A DNA stretch of 16,910 bases, taken from positions 1 through 16,910 of the forward strand of contig NJBF01000054.1 in the NCBI GenBank assembly GCA_003144275.1, written 5' to 3'. Positions within the stretch are counted from its first letter, which is position 1, and each line of letters begins with the position of its first letter. Below the pieces are notes generated by a model. That model ran no database searches. It was not told where the DNA came from and saw only the letters and a list, made by a program, of their open reading frames with translations. The position numbers and the translations under genes are program-made. Source of the stretch: Candidatus Heimdallarchaeota archaeon B3_Heim. GTDB lineage: Archaea; Asgardarchaeota; Heimdallarchaeia; Hodarchaeales; Hodarchaeaceae. Of the stretch, positions 13,799 through 16,910 are shown in pieces.

Positions 13799-14017
13799 CT
13801 AATACCTGTGATATTCCATCATTTTGTTAATAAGCTCAGAATCACCAGTATCCACATGTAAAAGTTTTTTTGGTAGATTGTTAATTTTAAGTAGTGTTGC
13901 TACAATTGAAATTGAGTCCAGTCCAATTTTTTTCATATCGTAAGGTCTCACTCACGATATACATTCCAGTTCGGTGTTTATCTACTTCATTTTCTGAAAT
14001 TGATTAAAAAATTCCAT
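13799..14017 (-). pseudogene. Carrier-protein-like (ACP/PCP-type) reading frame interrupted by in-frame TAG and TGA
   Basis: A hand translation of one frame gives MEFFNQFQKMK-TAG-INTELECIS-TGA-VRPYDMKKIGLDSISIVATLLKINNLPKKLLHVDTGDSELINKMMEYHRY-stop. The GLDS-I-x-x-V motif places a Ser at conceptual position ~35 of 72, the usual phosphopantetheine-site geometry. The uninterrupted part is only 45 aa (ATG 13936) or 50 aa (GTG 13951). Confidence 0.25.
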
Positions 14018-14085
14018 TGTAATAATAATAATAATGAAAGACAAATGTCTTTTATTATATATTCAATTTTTCAATTTCGATTCCT

Positions 14086-15099
14086 ATGAAGGTATTAGTA
14101 ACAGGTGCAAGTGGATTCATTGGCAAAACCTTTGTTAAAACGTTAATCCAGGAACAACCCAGTGTAGAAATTTATTGTGCAGTTAGAAAATCATCTGACA
14201 TCGATGAACTAAAATCTCTTAATTTTAGATTTGTTGAATTCGATCTAACAAATATAGATACGTTTTCGCAAGCTGTTGAAGAGATGGAATGTGTTATTCA
14301 TTTTGCAGCCAACTTTAATTTCTTGGCCTCTGAAGATTCATTATTTCAACTAAATGTTATTGCTACACAGAAGCTAGCGGAGGCATGTCTTAAAGCAAGA
14401 GTTAAACATTTTGTGTATTGTTCTACTACTGAAGCCATGGGAATAGTTGAAGATGGTACAGAGGAATCTGACTACAATCCTGATGAATTATATGGCCGTA
14501 GTAAGATGGAAGCTGAAAAGATACTAATCCAGATGAAAAACCAAAATGAGTTTCCTGTTACGATTGTACGTCCGACAGGAGTGTTTGGTCCTGGAGATCG
14601 ATATGTATTCAAAGAAATGGTTGAATCCGTGGATCGGACTATCATAAATAAGGTCTTTCCAACTTCAGCGAAAACTCTCTTACATTTTACTTATATCGAT
14701 GATGTAGTACAAGGTTTCATTAAAATAGTCCAACTTCCTGAGCAAACAATTGGAGAAATCTATATTCTGGCTTCCGATGAGCCTCAGACATATCGACAAA
14801 TTTTTACTACTATTGCGGAAAAACTTGGCAGAAAAAAACCTCTTTTCATCTCCCCTTTCCCTTTATTACTTGCACGACCTTTTTGGCCTTTCCTCTTTAG
14901 ATTTTATCGCTGGCGGAATTTTGGCTATCCTTATGTTCCAAATGCACTGAAGAAAATTCCTACTAGCCGTAATTATATGAATCAGAAAGCTAAGGAAGAA
15001 CTCGGTTTTAAACCAATTGTTGATTTTGAAACAGGAGTAGAAAGAACTATAGAATGGATGAGGGGTAGAGATATGATTAAAACAAAATTAAAAACATAG
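14086..15099 (+). CDS. NAD(P)-dependent epimerase/dehydratase family protein (extended SDR, 3-beta-HSD-like)
   Basis: The Rossmann motif VLVTGASGFIGKTF is present, as are the catalytic YGRSKMEAEK (YxxxK) and the extended-SDR hallmarks VRPTGVFGPGD. The protein is 337 aa. Confidence 0.85.
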   Translation: MKVLVTGASGFIGKTFVKTLIQEQPSVEIYCAVRKSSDIDELKSLNFRFVEFDLTNIDTFSQAVEEMECVIHFAANFNFLASEDSLFQLNVIATQKLAEACLKARVKHFVYCSTTEAMGIVEDGTEESDYNPDELYGRSKMEAEKILIQMKNQNEFPVTIVRPTGVFGPGDRYVFKEMVESVDRTIINKVFPTSAKTLLHFTYIDDVVQGFIKIVQLPEQTIGEIYILASDEPQTYRQIFTTIAEKLGRKKPLFISPFPLLLARPFWPFLFRFYRWRNFGYPYVPNALKKIPTSRNYMNQKAKEELGFKPIVDFETGVERTIEWMRGRDMIKTKLKT

Positions 15100-15215
15100 A
15101 AGTAATTTAAGATAAAAAAAATATCATCTTCAATATCTGGAATTATAAACATAATAATTTTAGAATTGATTTAATTCAGTTCAAATAACAAGATAATAGC
15201 TCAGAAGTGAAAACC

Positions 15216-16508
15216 ATGGCCAAAATTAGTCCCATTCATTATTCCATAAGATTAGAACCAAATTTTGAAAAATTTAATTTTTCTGGCTTAACTGAAATAA
15301 GTATTATAGCGACTGAACCAATTGATAAAATAGAGTTAAATGCACATGAACTTGCAGTTTGGAAATGTCAAGTGAAAAAGGAAAAGAAATTCATTGAGTG
15401 CCAATTTAGTTTCAATCCGAAAAAACAGATTCTTTCAATAGACTTACCTGAAGTTAAAAGTGATTTAGTTCTTAAAATTGAATATATGGGTCTTATTAAT
15501 GACAAATTAGTGGGACTTTATCGAAGTAAATATATTCAAAATGAGGAGGAGAAGTTTATTGCAGTCACCCAGTTCGAAGAAGATCACGCTCGTCAAGCCT
15601 TTCCCTGTTTTGATCATCCTTCGATGAAAGCTACGTTCGATATCGAATTTGTTATTGATAAAAAGTTCTCCGGAATAGCTAATACTCGTGTTGAAGAGGA
15701 AACTGACTTAAAAAATGACAAAAAACTAATAAAATTTAAAACCACTCCTAAAATGTCGAGCTATCTTCTTTTCTTTGGTATCGGAGATTTTGAGTATCTT
15801 GAAGCATCCTCGGAAGCTATACGATATCGAATTGCCACTACTCCTGGAAAAACACAGTTTGCTGACTATGCGTTGGATTTCGGTAGAAAAAGTATCGAAT
15901 TTGGGGAAAAGTATACTGGTATCAAATTCCCCATTGACAAGTTGGATCAAATCGCTGTACCGGATTTTGCTTTTGGAGCAATGGAAAATTATGCTGCTAT
16001 TACATATCGAGAGAATATTCTTCTTGTATATCCTGGAATCACATCAAAAGCGGGAATTGAGAGAATTGCAGAAGTAATCGCACATGAGGTAGCTCATCAA
16101 TGGTTTGGGAATTTAGTCAGTCCTGTGGATTGGAAATATATATGGTTAAATGAATCATTCGCTACACTTTTTGGATACGCTATTGCAGATTACTACCATC
16201 CTGAATGGCAGATCTGGGAAGGCTTTCTAGCTGGAGAAGTTGACTCAGCGTTTGAACGGGACTCCTTATTAGAAACGTTTCCAATTGAGCTTCCAGGAAA
16301 GGGTGAAAATACTAAAATAACTGCTGCAACTGCTCCAATTATCTATTCAAAAGGTGGAGCGATATTACAAATGATTCAAGGATACCTAGGTGAAGATAAG
16401 TTCAAGAAAGGTATTCAATATTTTTTGAATAATCATAAATTTGAATGTGTAGAAAGTAGTGCTTATTGGCAGGGGATAGAAGAGGCAACAGACAACGAAA
16501 CCAACTGA
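15216..16508 (+). CDS. M1-family zinc aminopeptidase (tricorn-interacting-factor/aminopeptidase N-like), C-terminally truncated at the right breakpoint
   Basis: The exopeptidase motif GAMENYAAITYRE and the zinc site HEVAHQWFGNLVSPVDWKYIWLNESFA (HExxH-x18-E) are present. The ~430 aa cover only the N-terminal and catalytic domains, and the usual C-terminal ERAP1-like helical domain is absent. The start is placed at the ATG at 15216, with GTG at 15207 as an alternative. Confidence 0.85.
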   Translation: MAKISPIHYSIRLEPNFEKFNFSGLTEISIIATEPIDKIELNAHELAVWKCQVKKEKKFIECQFSFNPKKQILSIDLPEVKSDLVLKIEYMGLINDKLVGLYRSKYIQNEEEKFIAVTQFEEDHARQAFPCFDHPSMKATFDIEFVIDKKFSGIANTRVEEETDLKNDKKLIKFKTTPKMSSYLLFFGIGDFEYLEASSEAIRYRIATTPGKTQFADYALDFGRKSIEFGEKYTGIKFPIDKLDQIAVPDFAFGAMENYAAITYRENILLVYPGITSKAGIERIAEVIAHEVAHQWFGNLVSPVDWKYIWLNESFATLFGYAIADYYHPEWQIWEGFLAGEVDSAFERDSLLETFPIELPGKGENTKITAATAPIIYSKGGAILQMIQGYLGEDKFKKGIQYFLNNHKFECVESSAYWQGIEEATDNETN

Positions 16509-16521
16509 CAGGAGGACACCG

Positions 16522-16803
16522 ATGGGTCTCTTGGAAGACGTCAAGAAAAGCGGTCTGAAAGAGAAACTTCCCGAATTCAACGTCGGCGACACGGTCGACG
16601 TGCACGTGCTTATCAGGGAAGGTGAGAAGGAACGCATCCAGGTCTTCAACGGCACCGTGATCGGTCGCAAGGCGCAGCTCGCAGTCAACGGCGTCGTTCG
16701 GAAGGGCGGGGAAGCCCCGGTGAGGAACGGCAGGTTCGCCCTACCCACCGAGAGGGCTGAATACCGCAACATCGTGCTCATCCCGATTGAGGGCGAGGGC
16801 TAG
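16522..16803 (+). CDS. rplS: Bacterial ribosomal protein bL19-like (N-terminal half conserved, C-terminal half aberrant)
   Basis: GGAGGA lies 7 nt upstream of the ATG. LPEFNVGDTVDVHVLIREGEKERIQVFNGTVIGRK matches the bL19 core. After that only a faint resemblance remains (VVRKGG..VRNGRFALP versus TVRK..GVGVERTFPLHSP), and the RRAKLYYLR tail is missing. The DNA is G+C-rich. Confidence 0.6.
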   Translation: MGLLEDVKKSGLKEKLPEFNVGDTVDVHVLIREGEKERIQVFNGTVIGRKAQLAVNGVVRKGGEAPVRNGRFALPTERAEYRNIVLIPIEGEG

Positions 16804-16812
16804 CATGCTCCC

Positions 16813-16910
16813 ATGACGGCGCCCAAGGGGACATCGGTGGCGAAGCCGCGCTCCGGCACCATGCTTCTCGTCGGGATACTCGCAGGGATCGTGGGCGGCG
16901 TCCTCGTCGG
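16813..16910 (+). CDS. 5' end of an ORF running off the window, with a basic N-terminus followed by a TM helix (position after rplS is compatible with signal peptidase I, unverified)
   Basis: The translation is MTAPKGTSVAKPRSGTMLLVGILAGIVGGVLV..., open to the window end. It starts 10 nt after the bL19-like stop. The rplS-lepB order is common in high-G+C Gram-positive bacteria, but 32 aa cannot establish identity. Confidence 0.3.
   Translation, partial: MTAPKGTSVAKPRSGTMLLVGILAGIVGGVLV

Noticed and set aside
14020-14034. (TAA)5 microsatellite in the SDR upstream spacer
   Set aside because: It is very short and expected by chance in AT-rich intergenic DNA. I noted it only because it lies just upstream (minus-strand sense) of the carrier-protein-like frame.
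14750-16077. Alternative-frame ORFs 14750-14950, 15726-15950 and 15775-16077 within the SDR and M1 aminopeptidase genes
   Set aside because: They are nested in CDSs with diagnostic catalytic motifs and have no independent support.
16386-16781. Minus-strand ORFs of 131 aa and 67 aa across the right junction and bL19 gene
   Set aside because: Long antisense ORFs are expected in G+C-rich DNA. They span the compositional breakpoint, which no real gene should, and their translations are Pro/Ser/Thr/Leu-rich with no motifs.
1-16910. Search for CRISPR arrays, transposases, integrases, toxin-antitoxin pairs or known defence genes
   Set aside because: I saw no regularly spaced direct repeats, terminal inverted repeats, recombinase motifs or defence-type domains on either strand. 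The AT-rich core looks like housekeeping chromosome despite the foreign-looking flanks.

Overview
The window is a composite of three compositionally different pieces. The core, about nt 570-16495, is AT-rich. Sampled lines run roughly 25-40% G+C by hand count. It reads as archaeal chromosome with Asgard/Lokiarchaeia-like content, which is an inference from gene content and composition. The core contains three tRNA genes. tRNA-Lys(CUU) has a 60-nt canonical intron, and tRNA-Leu(UAG) has a ~50-nt intron inside the D-arm. Its protein genes include an HTH-fused CTP-type riboflavin kinase (RbkR-like), Trm5, PIMT, FEN1 and an isolated A/V-ATPase H+F pair flanked by tRNAs. They also include a translin/TRAX-like protein with the catalytic acidic motifs, gcvPA-gcvPB, a Rab-like small GTPase and a sequon-rich type-I membrane protein. 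The remaining genes are QueD/PTPS, a divergent GcvH-like protein, a THUMP-less ThiI PP-loop protein, an extended SDR and an M1 aminopeptidase. Both edges change composition abruptly: nt 1-60 have 34/60 G+C and nt 16861-16910 have 33/50. The edges carry bacterial-type genes, a LivM permease fragment on the left and bL19 plus a short TM-containing ORF on the right. Genes are cut at both junctions, which suggests a chimeric join rather than a classical island. I found no CRISPR array, transposase, integrase or recognisable defence system. The observations most worth a second look are the two breakpoints, the D-arm tRNA intron and the Rab-like GTPase with its downstream membrane protein. Others are the detached atpH-atpF cassette, a carrier-protein-like reading frame interrupted by in-frame TAG and TGA, a frameshift-split ORF, and two promoter-proximal inverted repeats.
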